From Haliotis rubra (Eukaryota), in NCBI RefSeq assembly GCF_003918875.1, contig NW_025767561.1, positions 186,001 to 250,000 on the forward strand: a DNA stretch of 64,000 nucleotides. Reading direction: 5' to 3'. Position 1 is the stretch's first letter; each line of letters starts with the position of its first letter. Below are positions 1 to 13,716 of this stretch, piece by piece. Position numbers and translations under genes: made by a program. The notes under the pieces are model-generated. The model had not been told where the DNA came from and made no database searches. It saw only the letters and a list, made by a program, of their open reading frames with translations.

Positions 1-2441
1 AAGAGAAAGCTTCAAAATGTCTTTGAGGGAATTACTTGGCCATATTCTTCCAATTTTAGGCCATGTCTCCTGGCCAGGAGCATTAAGGTATGAGAAATGT
101 GGGAGGCATGTGAAGTTTATGGTATAGGGGATGATAACAGTTTGTAACTCACTTGTATGATCATGTAACTTTCCTGTAACAAATCAAAGGAACTGTTGCA
201 CCTTCTTACCATTCTATCACTAAAAGTTATATATTCACACCAGAAAAACTTTTTAATTACAAAACATGAATAAAACAAATTTTCTGAAAACACATCCCAT
301 GTCCCACATCAATTTGTATCCCAATCCATCCATTTAACCATAAAAAACCTGAAAGGAAAATCATGAAAGTGATGTTTTGTTCAAGACATTATTCCTCCAT
401 AAGTCAATCCAGCACCTCCTTGTTTATCATATTTGCAGTAAACAGGAATAACTTGTAGCAATGTAAGCAGTACATACAACTCTTCCTCTGCAAAGCTCCA
501 CAAATATCTTAATAACTCTTAACCAAACCAATATTGTTGCTAATGAAACCATTATGAATGCACCTACACAAGTAAATGATGTTTGCCACTGAAATATGCT
601 CCAAGTGACCCACCGATCGCAAGCACCTGCGTAATAGACTTGTAGAGGACTTTACAGAGGTGATAACATGATTAACAGCATAGCATACAAATGCTTATAT
701 TGCACACCTTAATAGAGGGATTAAGTTGTATTTAAACACAGGAAGCTGTCATAAATTATAAGTGATGATAGATTTCTCATGTCTGCATCATTAGTATGAC
801 ATGATCACACACACGAAAGTAATGAAACTTGCGAATGATCTCAAACCTATTCTACACGTTTAAGCCATTCTTCAGTTGCACATGCAACATCAAAGTGTTA
901 TAATCATGATCAGGATTACTTACATGACAAATGTACATTTATTCATATTGTATCTAGCAGATAATGGACATAAAATGTTATGTTATATGACAAAGAATTA
1001 TAGTTCTCAAAAGGGATATATAAGGTATTTTGCATAAATGACAATCATGCCATGCATGTCCCTTGGAGATATGCATAAATCTGGCACATCTTCCTGTTTG
1101 GATAATCACTTTTGGTGTTGTCTCTCAGGCAGGCATTGATGGTACCTGACATTTGACAAACTTGCCTCACACACACCATTTCCTGGTCCCTACCCCACTA
1201 CTCCCTTCCCTCTCCCCTAATGCCAAACTTGGTCTCAGCTGACTATGTTTTTAAAGTGTGAATTAGAAACCACATTTGATGGGAGAACATTTTGCAGAAA
1301 CAACTTTGGCACACAGGGAAAGCTAACCTTGAGAAACAATGTCATAAGATAAGGGTAATGCAAGCCTCTTTGAACTTAACCATTCTAAAATTTGATTGAT
1401 ATGCTATTTAAACTATTTAACTTTAAGTGTTGTCATATTTGAGGGGTATATCATATTTCCTGCTATGATTAACGACAGTTAGTTTTAAGTGATATATAAT
1501 GTGTAAAAAGCCACTGGCTTCAAAGACAATGTTATGTAATATTTTTTTAAACAAACAGGAACAACATAAATTCTTTCTTGGGATTTCATATCATAGATTA
1601 AATTTGTCTGTATTCTATTATTGGTAAATGATGTAAAAATATCAAAATCTGAAAATGGATAAAAATAAGCTGATGGGAAGTAGTGCTATTTCTAATTGCT
1701 TTACATCAATCAATCAATCATCATTTGCTCTATATATTCTGTGTTTCATTGTTTACTTGTTTATTTTAAAACTAAGAAATACTAGTTAATTATGAGGAAG
1801 TATACACAAATAAAGAAAGGCATAGAATTCAAGTAACACAGTATGGTGTTTGTCTCAGATGCATGTGCCTCTCTGTCACACCATCTCTGCTGACACAGAA
1901 ATCTTAGTCACCTATTCCATGTGAAATTATGGACAGTTGAAATCTTTTCCAAAATACACTACATGATCTACATATTTCAAATGTACAACAAGTTCTTGTC
2001 AATGAGAACTTTTCAAGGGTTTTTCCACATGAAAGAAAGTTACCGCTGGGCTGTACCTACACAGATTAGAAAAGAGCAAAACCATTATTTGTTTTTAACT
2101 ACCTCTCAAAACATAAATGTTTTAAAGTGTCAACATCCTTCAGCAGTGGGATTTTGATATATTCAGTACCGTGAACCAATGTACAATGGTACTACAGAAG
2201 TGAGCAGCTACAGGCAATCCCCAGTGTACATGTATGTGAAACAGTCATCAACATCTACCTATTGCCACATGCAGAACTACTCAAGCAATACCTGTTAACA
2301 CATACAGAAAAGTCAAGTTTCACTTCTGCCATACTGTCACACAAGTACATGTAAACGATAAAGACAAACACATGTATCTAGTATAGGCAAGTGAACTAGA
2401 TGAATTATCTATGCAGTCATATACAGGTGTGAGACACTTAC

Positions 2442-2545
2442 CGTGAGAGACCCAACCATGCTTGCATGTTTCACATTGACGGAGACAGGACTTTCCAGGG
2501 GGAGAAGCATTCACACAAACAGTTGGGGTGCGTACAACGGATGGC
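2442..2545 (-). CDS. BNC2: Basonuclin (BNC1/BNC2/disco family) coding exon, conserved Cys-rich N-terminal block; contains one extra base in a G5 run
   Basis: Acceptor ttctttttccag|GCC and donor CACG|GTAAGT. Removing one base from the run at 2498-2502 gives [34 protein letters not shown], which I recognise as the basonuclin motif (vertebrate AIRCTLVNCTCECFQPGK...CDQCKHGWVAH). The two halves appear in ORF-track frames 2471..2695 and 2320..2514. Confidence 0.92.
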
Positions 2546-3642
2546 CTGGAAAAAGAATGCTGTTTTCATAGAAAACTCCGATTTCATAGCAGCAAAATGT
2601 CGTATAACATTGTGAAGGTTTGGTAGTCGAGGAGGTCTGTCAAACATCCGTATGTCCATGCTGCGATGGAAACTGCCACGACCATGAATATTCATTGCTT
2701 TGTTCTCCCTGGGGGTAACTCAAAGCACTAGTAGTAAAGCAGGTTGGTATGCAATTGTCTAATTCCCAAAACATGCATGTTTGCTATTTTGAAAAGTTAT
2801 TTCATTTTGAGGAATACAGCTAGGGTGTGGAAATACACACACTGTCCTTATTTGAGAGGATGGCACTTTAAGCCAGAGGAAAAACTTTGGTCTGACAACT
2901 CTTCATTGCCTCTCAGAGTGTTCCAGCCTCTCTCTTAAACAGAAACAATTCCAAAAATCCCTGTTACTAAATGACAGATGCCCTGCGTAATAAGCGGGAG
3001 GCATGGAGTATAGGTAATGGACCAATGTGCGAGCCATAAATGAGGAGCGAACTTGTCGAGCATGTTAGACACATAATTTCATTTCATCTCATTATTGATG
3101 TGGACGGTTTTTTCTTACTCTCTCGATCGCCCTCCCTCTCTCGGCACGGATTCTTCATTCGAGACTGTTATTCTAGCTCAGGCCTAACGAGGCAGATTTT
3201 TATTGTCATGGTCTTAATAACAGTGATCTGGAGCTTCCTGGTAGTGAAGGAGGCGGGCGGCCACTGGTAAGGTCCGAGGAGGGAAGGGGCAGGGCTCGGA
3301 GGAAATTAACAAAAACTGCACATAGATTATGTTCCCTCACAAAGATAACATTACTCAACACTCCACTGCTGGTCAATGATTATGAAAATTTGATGAGAGA
3401 TGATGGACAGGCGAGAAAAGTTGAAGGAACTAGTTATTATCGTGTGAGGCTAACAGATATTTAGTGGGTGCTGATATGTCGGTATCAGCAGAGTCCCACA
3501 CAGTACAGCCCATCTTGTACTTGAGAGGACTCCGAGGAGGAGGAACTGCTACAGTTTGGTGTATTACAATCTCTCCAACTAGACATTGAAATATTTTAAA
3601 AACATCTAGGGTTCTGGAACATTAATGTTTCCATCCTCAGGT

Positions 3643-3745
3643 ACATTTAAACAGGTAACAGAAAACATTTAAACAGGTAACAGAAAACATTTAAAACAGT
3701 TAACAGAAAACATTTAAAACAGTTAACAGTGAACGTTTTAAACAG
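3643..3745. repeat. Short tandem repeat, 22-23-bp unit, about 4-5 copies
   Basis: ACATTTAAA(A)CAG(G/T)TAACAGAAA repeated. Confidence 0.85.
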
Positions 3746-4849
3746 CTTGTGTTCAGAATGATTCTTTTGTTCATTTCATTATCTAAACTGGCCACTTTGT
3801 ACATGTATTAAAAGCATATTTGTAATCCTGCATATTGCTTAAATTCAATGAATTTCCCAAAGATCAAAATTAAATATCTGATATTTCTTTTGAAACAGAG
3901 GAATCATAAATCCAAAAATAAAAACAGCTCAACTAGACATGGACTGTCATTTCTGAATATAGAATTCTAAACAGCACTGGATTTAAATCAGCTCATAAAA
4001 ATTGTCATGGGATTTGAAGTAAAGGAGGTGGGATTTGAATTCCTGACTCCTTCTAATTTCTCAATAAATTATTTCATCAAATATGGAAATGATTAAGATT
4101 CTTGTTCACAAACCTGTTGATCAAATACACGGAAATTTAGTCAAAAGTAGCTATTACGTGCAACATATAAGATAATATCTCACTTTTTCCAGGCTGTTAT
4201 GTTGTATGTTTACCATGATCTTTATTAAAAAATTGTACTATCATGTGAAACTAAAACATCATAAGATTGCTTAAGTAGATTCATTTCATGTAAAATAGAC
4301 TTGTCACCAAGAAACATAACAACCACAGAAACCATAAAAAGAATGATTATAATAATTAAGTTTCGAAAATCAACATACAGAAATAATACTCTTGTCTAAA
4401 TAAACTTTCTATATAAGGCTCCTCTTTAGCCTTCACAAGCTATTAAATTTCCTATATTTCCAATCCTAACTCCCTCTCTATCGTCTCTTGTTGATGTTGT
4501 TAACATGATGAAAAAAATATTCCACTGATGATATTTCAATATTATTTTGTCAGGTTATTATTAGCTTTTCCTAGGGGAAGAGAAACGTCAAACTACAACA
4601 TCAAATATTGCCATGTATTCATTACACCATACAATCCACATCCAGTTATGTTTGCACACAGATTATCTATAATTTCCCTGTTAAAAGCCCCCGAGCTGTG
4701 GAGTGAATTGCTACTGATATATTGAACAGATTTCTATAGAGCCCACTTGATTGGTTATGATGCAGGGAGGGTTGCGTCTACCTGTAAATCAGATGCTATG
4801 TGTATTTTGATTTATCCCCTTTCCTCTGCTGCTGTGAATGTATTGGGTG

Positions 4850-6900
4850 AGGAAGCTTCAATAAGTGGACACCCAAGCACTGTTCACTCCCAGGTATAAA
4901 TCTCCACCATGGGACAACTGAACCATCCAATAACTTGAACTTTGCAGATTTCATGACCCTGTGGCTCCAAGAAACATACAGACATGGCTGGGCATGCTAC
5001 TCCCGATGCTCTCTCGTTTGGTGCAGTAATTGAACAATTCTTTATTCTTTGTCAATACTTGTGTCGTGTGGTCATGAGAGACAGTGGGAGAAGGACAGAT
5101 GCTGAGTTATAGGACATAAATACAATTGCTTTGACACAGAATGGAGACACCTGGAATTTTTCATGTCACGACTGACAAATCAAAGTCTGGGGAGTTGGGA
5201 AGACAGATGACTCTGCCACCGAAAATGTTGTTGCTGGAATCAGAGTTTGGTTTTATCAGATTAAAGCAGGAATTTGTCACTGACGTGACCATTGACTGAA
5301 GCTAAACGAGGATACTCTCTGATTCTGGGTGTCATTTGCACACTGCAGACTCGCTCGATTCCATCTTCTTAATTGGGACTGGTGGGGCTGGGTTTGGAGG
5401 AATGCCACACCACAGGGAGGAAAGAAGAACAGAGTGATTATTTGGCCAAACAGCTCTCTGTCAAGTTGTTGATGCAACAACAAAAGACCCTGCACTGCCA
5501 TTTCTTGCAGATGATCATAAACGTCTTTTTGTGGTCCAGCAGATTATAGTTTTGGCATAATAAGAAGTATTCTGTTAAGAAGATATACAGACCAACTTGA
5601 AGTGTTGGTTGACGGCTGGTGGGTTCCCACAGGCACAGAGACCTCAATCGGGGTAATGAGTCCCCTTGATCAATATTGATCAATACCACAAAAATGTCTA
5701 CCCTACGAGGACAGACAATACATCTCTATGACAAATCCAGCCAAGTTGTGGTGGACAATAAGCAGTAGTGGCATCACTCAGTTAGTGATTAGGGTGATTG
5801 AATGTCATTAACTGACTCTTTGACATGGGGCCTGGATTGCTGGGGACCAAGGGCAGCTATTGGGGACAAACGTGCCTGATGAATGCATGGGACGCACTAG
5901 GACCATCTCAATCATTTTAGCTTGTGAAACTCATTTTCCTGCCATAGCAAGATATATTGACATTGGGCTCAAATAACTTGAGAGCTGGTTGGGAGAGTGT
6001 CATGAAACTTCATCTCCAAACCCCATTTCTCCAGCTCCCATCTCTAGCATCTGTGGACTATAAATAGCCCCTTCCTCTCTCATCCTATCTCTGCACTGTC
6101 TACACTGTCATCTGACAAACTTCCCTTCCCCATCTCGCCAAGTTTTCTCAACAAATATTAGAGTCGCAGAAGATCTGGCAAAACTGACTAGACAATTCCA
6201 CTGTCCATTTGATGAAGTATGGATGCTGTCTGTACCATCCCTTGTTTACCTCACTGTAGAATGACACAAGACTGATGATGACCTCTGAAGACGAGCCAAG
6301 GATGCGTAGTGCTGTATATATCCCATCTACAGATGCCTGCGATTCCTACCACTGAACCGTGAGCCAAACATGGGACTCATTCACACAAATAATCATTGAT
6401 TTATCACTTCACCTTATAACTCCTCACCTCCACTCTTTCTCTCTGTCCACACACACCTTTACAACAAAGTTTAAACAGTCAAAAAGTTGAATAAAACTGA
6501 AAAAAACCTACCTCAAGCGGTTTCATGACTGGCCTGACATGGGCATGCTGACTGGCAAGTAGTAGGCTTCCCTTCCCCGTCACAGAGCTGGAGGTGACGC
6601 CTGGCGAAACACACACCAAACACAAGCCAAATTTAGACAGTGAGCACTGGGGTCCACACAGCCAGGAGGGAGGGGGTGATTGGTAAATGAACAAGTTTTA
6701 TCATGTGTGGCAGCAGAAGTGTGGTCTGAGTGCTGTGTCCTGGGTTGTCTTGCCACTACCAGATGCCAGGATGGACAGACCAGGCAAGGCAGTAGGGAGG
6801 AGGAACTAAGGAACAAGAGATGACAGCCATATTGCTTTGATCTTGTCTCAGGGAACCGGGATGGGCAACTTTGGAGGGGGTGTTCCAAAACTTTGTTCAA
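4850..6900 (-). mobile_element. Highly decayed DIRS-like remnant in basonuclin intron
   Basis: Scattered motifs in DIRS order on the minus strand: DP..HC..C, LPLVPSNP, QLGWI, LINIDQG..LW, FFFPP, TTRHKY. Boundaries approximate. Confidence 0.4.
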
Positions 6901-9231
6901 CTTGTTCAGTAGTTGTTACAGAATATGTGGACATATTATTTCTTTGAGATTATTTTGAGCAGATGCGTAGGATTGGAACTGTGACACCTCCAGCATGAGA
7001 ATAAAGTGGATAATAAGAAATGACTTTGGAAATCATGAGATCCCAACTATATATATAACTTGGTTGGAGTGAATATATTGTTATTATCAGCTTTATGAGA
7101 GACAATTTTCTCAATTAAAACAAAATAACTGAACACGCAAATGCCACAGGCTGATTATCTACAAGAGAGAAGACAACTGACAGGTCACATGGATGGAGGC
7201 TAAGTGCATTGTCACACATAAAGTGTCAAACATTATAAATAAAATATTTTACACCATCAGACAAATCTATAATTTCTATCACTAATGAAACTATATCAAA
7301 TGACAATCTTGAATATATAATTTAATATTCGGAAGCGATCAATACTTAACATTTCTAACAAATTAACTTTTAATGTGAAGCGTATTTTAAACCTGCTGTG
7401 TGACTAAACCAACAGCAGGGAGATTCAGTAGCTGGACTTGAGTATTACAACTGACTACTGGTACATGCCTTGCTTCCTACTGGTTATATGACCCTGGTAT
7501 CAAGCACAGAAAAATAACCATCATGAAATTCTTACTTACAAGCCAACAGAGCTAGTACCAAAAGCCGACTTTGTCATACACATCAGTCATGTCATAAAAC
7601 AGACAGATGGCCACAGTAACCAAACCGTTCCTTTGTAGCCTGACATGATGACTTCAACAGATCCGTTGCTGCCAAACTACCCTTTAACATCTAGCCCATC
7701 CTTACATTACATACAAAGTCTTTATGGGCGTTACCATGTACTCCTTCTTAACATGAAGTTATCACCAGTTCTAAACTAAAGAATATTTCTTGACAAACTG
7801 TGTCTGGACATGTAATTACAGGCCATAAATAATTCTTTACAAATCCCACCCTACATCGTCTATACTTTTCAAAAAGGAAATGCAGTGAATAACATGCATG
7901 TTTTTCAAGTTGAAACATTTTAGGGAATCAGTCATAAGTAGTTGAAGTTTCTAAGATACATTCGGGTATTTCTAAAACATTGATTGTCCATTCTGTCCTA
8001 AAGACATAACAAGCAAGTTAGTACACACTTTGTTGCTCACTTCACAGCTGAGTCATACAGGGAAATCATTCAACTTGCTAACAGTTTCTCATAAAAGTAT
8101 AATTAATTGTTCAATGTAGCTATTATATTCATATGTTGCTATAACATTTTTCTATCTATACGAAAACATAATATAGATTTGTCAGTGTGGTATTTTATTG
8201 GTGAATTGAAAAAAAGATGACAACCGGCGAGCAGGGTGATAAGCCAGTGTCATCAGCACATTTTCAGAATGGTGCAGCATTTCATAAAGAGAAAACATAA
8301 CAATAAAGAACGTATAGTTGACCATAACTACTTTATGTTATAGTAGACAATGAGAATTTAGTGTATGAAATGAAGGTTTACCAGTGTTTTAGTTGTATCA
8401 GATTGTGTCAGCTAGATGTGGGAGGAAAACCCATAGGGATAACTGACATAGTCAAACTCAGAAACAATATCATGCAAACCACCAGGAAAACAGCCAACCA
8501 GCAGCTGGGACACAACTAAGTGCAGTATGAGAGGAACACTGACAGATTCCTACCCCAACATCTTAATAAATTCATTTATATGTCAGAGAAATATAACACA
8601 AGACCAAAAGATTAGAAGTACACAGAAATATCTGTCCATCTCTGACTTGACAGTCTTCCCAATACTGTTTTGATGAACAGGTTATATGAACTGAAACTGA
8701 ATTTTCATGTTTTCTGTTCAATAACATGTTTTCAGAATTTGTGTGTTTAGAGCGATATGACAACTTTGACAAATGTAGGAAAGCTACAATCAATAGAATA
8801 TCATCAACTTGTATACCAGTTAGGCTGAGATGGGTGCCCCACTGCAACAAGTGGGATTCTGCCAGCATAGGAAACCAAATGTTCCTCATATCAAACTTTC
8901 ATGTTACACTTAGTGCCATCTTGAAGTAGTTACTTGGAAAACCATGTGTATACATTGTTTATTTTCCTACTGCAATGAATTAACAATAGTCATAAAAACA
9001 CAACAAATGATGAACACTATTTGACAAACTGTATGGTGGATATCTTAGTGAATAAGAACTCTAAACAGTGTCTTGTATGTGTGTCAACTAGCACAATTAT
9101 GAAAGCAGGTATGGCTCAGAATGTATGCGACTCCTGCAATAGCATCTGTGTACCAACAATCCTCTACTTCTGAAGGATTTAAAGAACTGTTTAAATATAC
9201 ACTCTATACATTATGTACATGTCATCACGAC

Positions 9232-10851
9232 AGTCCAGTCTCTGCAACATGTACATCCAGACAATACATCCCAGTCTCTGTAACCTGTCTGTACAGACTA
9301 CACATCCCAGTCTCTGTAACCTGTCTGTACAGACTATACAGTCCAGTCTCTGTAACTTGTATGTACAGACTACACAGTCCAGTTTCTGTAACCTGTATGT
9401 ACAGACTATACATCCCAGTTTCTGTAACCTGTATGTACAGACAATACATCCCAGTCTCTGTAACCTGTCTGTACAGACTACACAGTCCAGTCTCTGTGAC
9501 CTGTATGTACAGACTACACAGTCCAGTCTCTGTAACCTGTATGTACAGACTACACAGTCCAGTTTCTGTGACCTGTTTGTACAGACTACACAGTCCAGTC
9601 TCTGTAACCTGTATGTACAGACTACACATCCCAGTCTCTGTGACCTGTATGTACAGACTACACAGTCCAGTCTCTGTAACCTGTATGTACAGACTACACA
9701 GTCCAGTTTCTGTGACCTGTATGTACAGACTACACAGTCCAGTTTCTGTAACCTGTATGTACAGACTAAACAGTCCAGTCTCTGTGACCTGTATGTACAG
9801 ACTACACAGTCCAGTCTCTGTGACCTGTATGTACAGACTACACAGTCAGGTTTCTGTAACCTGTATGTACAGACTAAACAGTCCAGTCTCTGTGACCTGT
9901 TTGTACAGACTAAACAGTCCAGTCTCTGTTACCTGTATGTACAGACTACACATCCCAGTTTCTGTAACCTGTATGTACAGACTAAACAGTCCAGTCTCTG
10001 TAACCTGTATGTACAGACTACACATCCCAGTTTCTGTAACCTGTATGTACAGACTACACATCCCAGTCTCTGTAACCTGTGTGTACAGACTACACATCCC
10101 AGTCCCTGTATCTTGTATGTGCAGACTACACAGTCCAGTCTCTGTAAGCTGTCTGTACAGACTAAACAGTCCAGTCTCTGTAACCTGTTTGTACAGACTA
10201 CACAGTCCAGTCTCTGTAACCTGTTTGTACAGACTACACATTCCAGTCTCTGTAACCTGTATGTACAGAGTACACATTCCAGTCTCTGTAACCTGTCTGT
10301 ACAGACTACACAGTCCAGTCTCTGTAAGCTGTTTGTACAGACTACACATCGCAGTTTCTGTAACCTGTATGTACAGACTACACATCCCAGTTTCTGTAAC
10401 CTGTGTGTACAGACTACACATCCCAGTCTCTGTATCTTGTATGTACAGGTTACACATCCCAGTCCCTGTATCTTGTATGTGCAGACTACACAGTCCAGTC
10501 TCTGTAAGCTGTCTGTACAGACTATACATCCCAGTTTCTGTATCTTGTATGTACAGGTTACACATCCCAGTCCCTGTATCTTGTATGTACAGACTACACA
10601 GTCCAGTCTCTGTAAGCTGTCTGTACAGACTAAACAGTCCAGTCTCTGTAACCTGTTTGTACAGACTACACAGTCCAGTCTCTGTAACCTGTTTGTACAG
10701 ACTACACATTCCAGTCTCTGTAACCTGTATGTACAGAGTACACATTCCAGTCTCTGTAACCTGTCTGTACAGACTACACAGTCCAGTCTCTGTAAGCTGT
10801 CTGTACAGACTAAACAGTCCAGTCTCTGGAACATGTATGTACAGACTACAT
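9232..10851. repeat. Minisatellite, 36-bp unit, about 45 copies
   Basis: AGACTACACA(TC/GT)CCAGTCTCTGTAACCTGTATGTAC; gives the 12-aa-periodic ORFs in five ORF-track entries. Confidence 0.97.
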
Positions 10852-11989
10852 TCAATATTATTATATTTGACTTGTTGGCTGTGACTGGATGAAGTGTCTT
10901 AGCCTGGCCATCTTCTTAGACTCACAACATGCAACTACTTACACTGACAAATAGGAATTACCACCACATTGGGTAATATTATTAACAATCAGTCTTTGTT
11001 TCAATAAATAATGCAAGTGTATTGGACAAAATCAATAAACAATTATCACTTATTGTTACCATATTAAGCTTATAAACGTCTGTATAGTTGTTGATCACAA
11101 TCAGTGGGCCTGTATGCTGATGACTAGCTACAGATTATTGGATTATGGACAAATTGTCATAAACTGTCATTTGTTGCCATAATCAAAAATATATTTGAAT
11201 TGCATAAGAATGTCTTTTGAAAAGCAAATCCTTTTTAACATTAAGACACAATGCATTATTTATATGGTTTAATGAGCTCTGTCATAGGTGTCACAAGTAT
11301 TGGTGAGGGACAGCTGGACTGATTACCCTTCAAACAAGAGGATGTCTATGCATTAACATTGATGACAATAACATGATAATGTTGTCAAGTTAAAAGCCTA
11401 CAAAAATTGAACAAATTCTTTTGACATTGATTCACTTGTAAATAAAACATTTCTTTGACAACTAAGCCGTTTTTGTTCCACCTATCTGTGTTACACTGGG
11501 TGGTCTAGCTATTGGATGAAAGAAAAGAATACTCTATCAAATTTTGCCCCAAACTCCTTTCTGTTTCAGCCTTGTCTTTAAGGCATATGACTTCTTTTCA
11601 TTTGACTCTTCAATACAATGACTCTCAAAAGGAGAAATTCATACAAAGCAACATTTAACTACAATTTGGATTTGGGCAAATTGATATAAACAGAAATGGT
11701 TCAGATTGTATATAAAAGTATATATTTTATTTGGGGATTAGCAGTGTCAGATATAAATGTCAAATAATTGTTTAAAAACTGAAGGAGGGTCACGGCAATA
11801 TGTCAGATTTGTAAAACATATCAGTTACAAAAGGGTTAATTCCATTTTCAGCTAAGAAACTTTTTCAAAAAAGGCTATGCCTCTCAACCAAAATAATCAA
11901 TACAAGTGAACTGGTACATCTGATACTGGAGATAGTTAACAAATATGATTAATGCCTGTAATTACATTAGGTAGGACGCCTTTACAAAG

Positions 11990-12620
11990 CATGTCCTCTA
12001 TGTGGGGAGGCACCAGCAGAGCTGGGTGATCCTCCTGTCCCGGGAGCTCAGTAGCCCATCATGTCCCCCATACCGTCCTATCAGTTATACCACTGGCCTG
12101 CATAAAGTTTTCTAACTCATCACGCAAGCCCAACATTGATCTTACTTGTGACAGCAGTATGTCTGTGCTATTACTGTATCCAGTAGTCCATAAAGTTGGC
12201 AAGTTCTAGGTGTCGCCTAGCTCCCTTCTATAGTAAGCAAGCAGTGTGAGAGATGTCCTATCGGAATGGTACCAGTAAGAGGGCAGCATAGACCTATCCC
12301 ACGACTAGCAGAGCATGGGCCCACTTGGTTGTCACATGAGATCCCAGCCAATGACATTCCGATAGCAGGCAATCTCACTCCTTGCCAATCAATACCAAGC
12401 CACTTCACTCAAAGACAGATGGCACTTTAATTCCATATGGTTATGCTAATGCCAGTGTCTTTCATTAAAATTTCCTTTGTGAAGCAATCTCGGCCTAATT
12501 AATTCCTGAGACACACAGCATGACAAATCATCCCCTACCCCAGGGATGTGCCCTCAGCTGATCAAATGAGCATAGGCATGTGGGGGTTGGGCAGGACGAG
12601 AAGGGACTGGGGAGACTAGC
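11990..12620 (-). mobile_element. Decayed DIRS RNase H remnant
   Basis: Minus-strand fragments AEGTSLG*G (compare DASLQGWG), HNHMELK (compare HINMLEMK) and ISCDNQV (compare IHTDNSTV). Confidence 0.4.
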
Positions 12621-13192
12621 ACATGATCAGAGAGAATGTGACACAAGTAAGGGAGACCCTACCAACACGGCGCAACACGGGCCCATATTGATTTCAACAT
12701 CTGCAAATGTCATGATGTTTGGATCATCGCGATTATTTTGACAGTGCCACCACATGCACGTCGTTTTCGAAAATGTAACAAGTTACAATGAGGACGAATA
12801 TTGACCGTCGACTCCACGAGTCCCCGCCACGGAACCCTGGGCTCCTATTTCAGGGCAAAATTTATTATAAGTGCAGATTCATTCTGAATTATTAACATTT
12901 AAAAGGAGGAGACCAAAAGTTGACGAATCTGAGACTCGTCTGCTAGGAATTGTCATCACGCCGATCGATAGGCCGGTGGAGGCAATCAAAGATACGTCGT
13001 CTGCTAGATATAATCGAATAAATAATGCAATTTGTAACGCTATTAGTATATAACGTGTTGATTAATGATTTGGAATACATAGTTTACGTGTTACTGCATC
13101 AAAATATGAGGTGTTGGACAACAGTCAACATACAGTTTCAAATCGTAAGGCCAAATGAAATCCAATACCATGCTTAAAATTAGTTAACTCAC

Positions 13193-13201
13193 CGCCGCCA
13201 T
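13193..13201 (-). CDS. BNC2: Probable first coding exon of the basonuclin gene (Met-Ala-Ala)
   Basis: Minus strand reads gacaagATGGCGGCG|GTGAGT: good Kozak context, consensus donor, phase 0, matching the phase-0 AIRC exon. MAA|AIRC parallels vertebrate BNC1 MAE-AISC. Lies in a CpG-retaining region. Confidence 0.75.
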
Positions 13202-13430
13202 CTTGTCGGTGCCAGCCTTACGAGAAATGACATTTACGACATTACAATATTAATAAGTAATTATTGCACCATATTTTTCATGATATATATACGAAAACAT
13301 AATTCTTCGCATAATACGTATAAATGGAACGTTTATTTATTGGTTGTAGTTGTTACGACAATGGGTCACATGGTGTAAACAAACCGGAAACCGTCTCAGC
13401 GGCGGATTTACAGTTGATCACCAAGCATGA
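13202..13430. promoter_or_regulatory. Putative bidirectional promoter shared by basonuclin (-) and centlein (+)
   Basis: CpG-retaining zone about 12660-13750. YY1-type CCGCCATCTT over the BNC ATG; ATTGG (CCAAT box) 13339-13343; X-box-like GTTGTTACGACAAT 13349-13362; E-box GTCACATGG 13365-13373; forkhead TGTAAACAAA 13374-13383; ETS-like ACCGGAAA 13383-13390. Confidence 0.6.
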
Positions 13431-13716
13431 CAAGTGCAGTGATATGAAAGTATCACCCAAATGCAAGATTGGATTACATTTCTACTCGGTGACGACATTT
13501 ATTATGAACTCTTCAATTTGGTCTGTGTTATAACGAGAAGATGATGAGGTAGCTGCAAGTGATAACCCGATATTTTCAAATATTGTTTGTCAATATGACA
13601 ACAAACATGTCCTGTCAAGTTTTTCAGCTATAAACGTGTTGCCTGAATTCACTTTACTGAAGATTATGTTGTCTTTTGGAATGCACAAACTTGAAGTGAT
13701 CAAACACGGCTAGAAT

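Noticed and set aside
9121-10892. 587-aa and 559-aa Cys- or Gln/Thr-rich ORFs
   Set aside because: Translations of a 36-bp intronic minisatellite open in several frames on both strands; no sign of a real gene.
13324-13533. 69-aa ORF, or ATGs at 13427 and 13461, as the CNTLN start
   Set aside because: Only weak donors give a compatible phase. The 16318-16413 exon has better splice and Kozak signals, though this is not excluded without transcripts.
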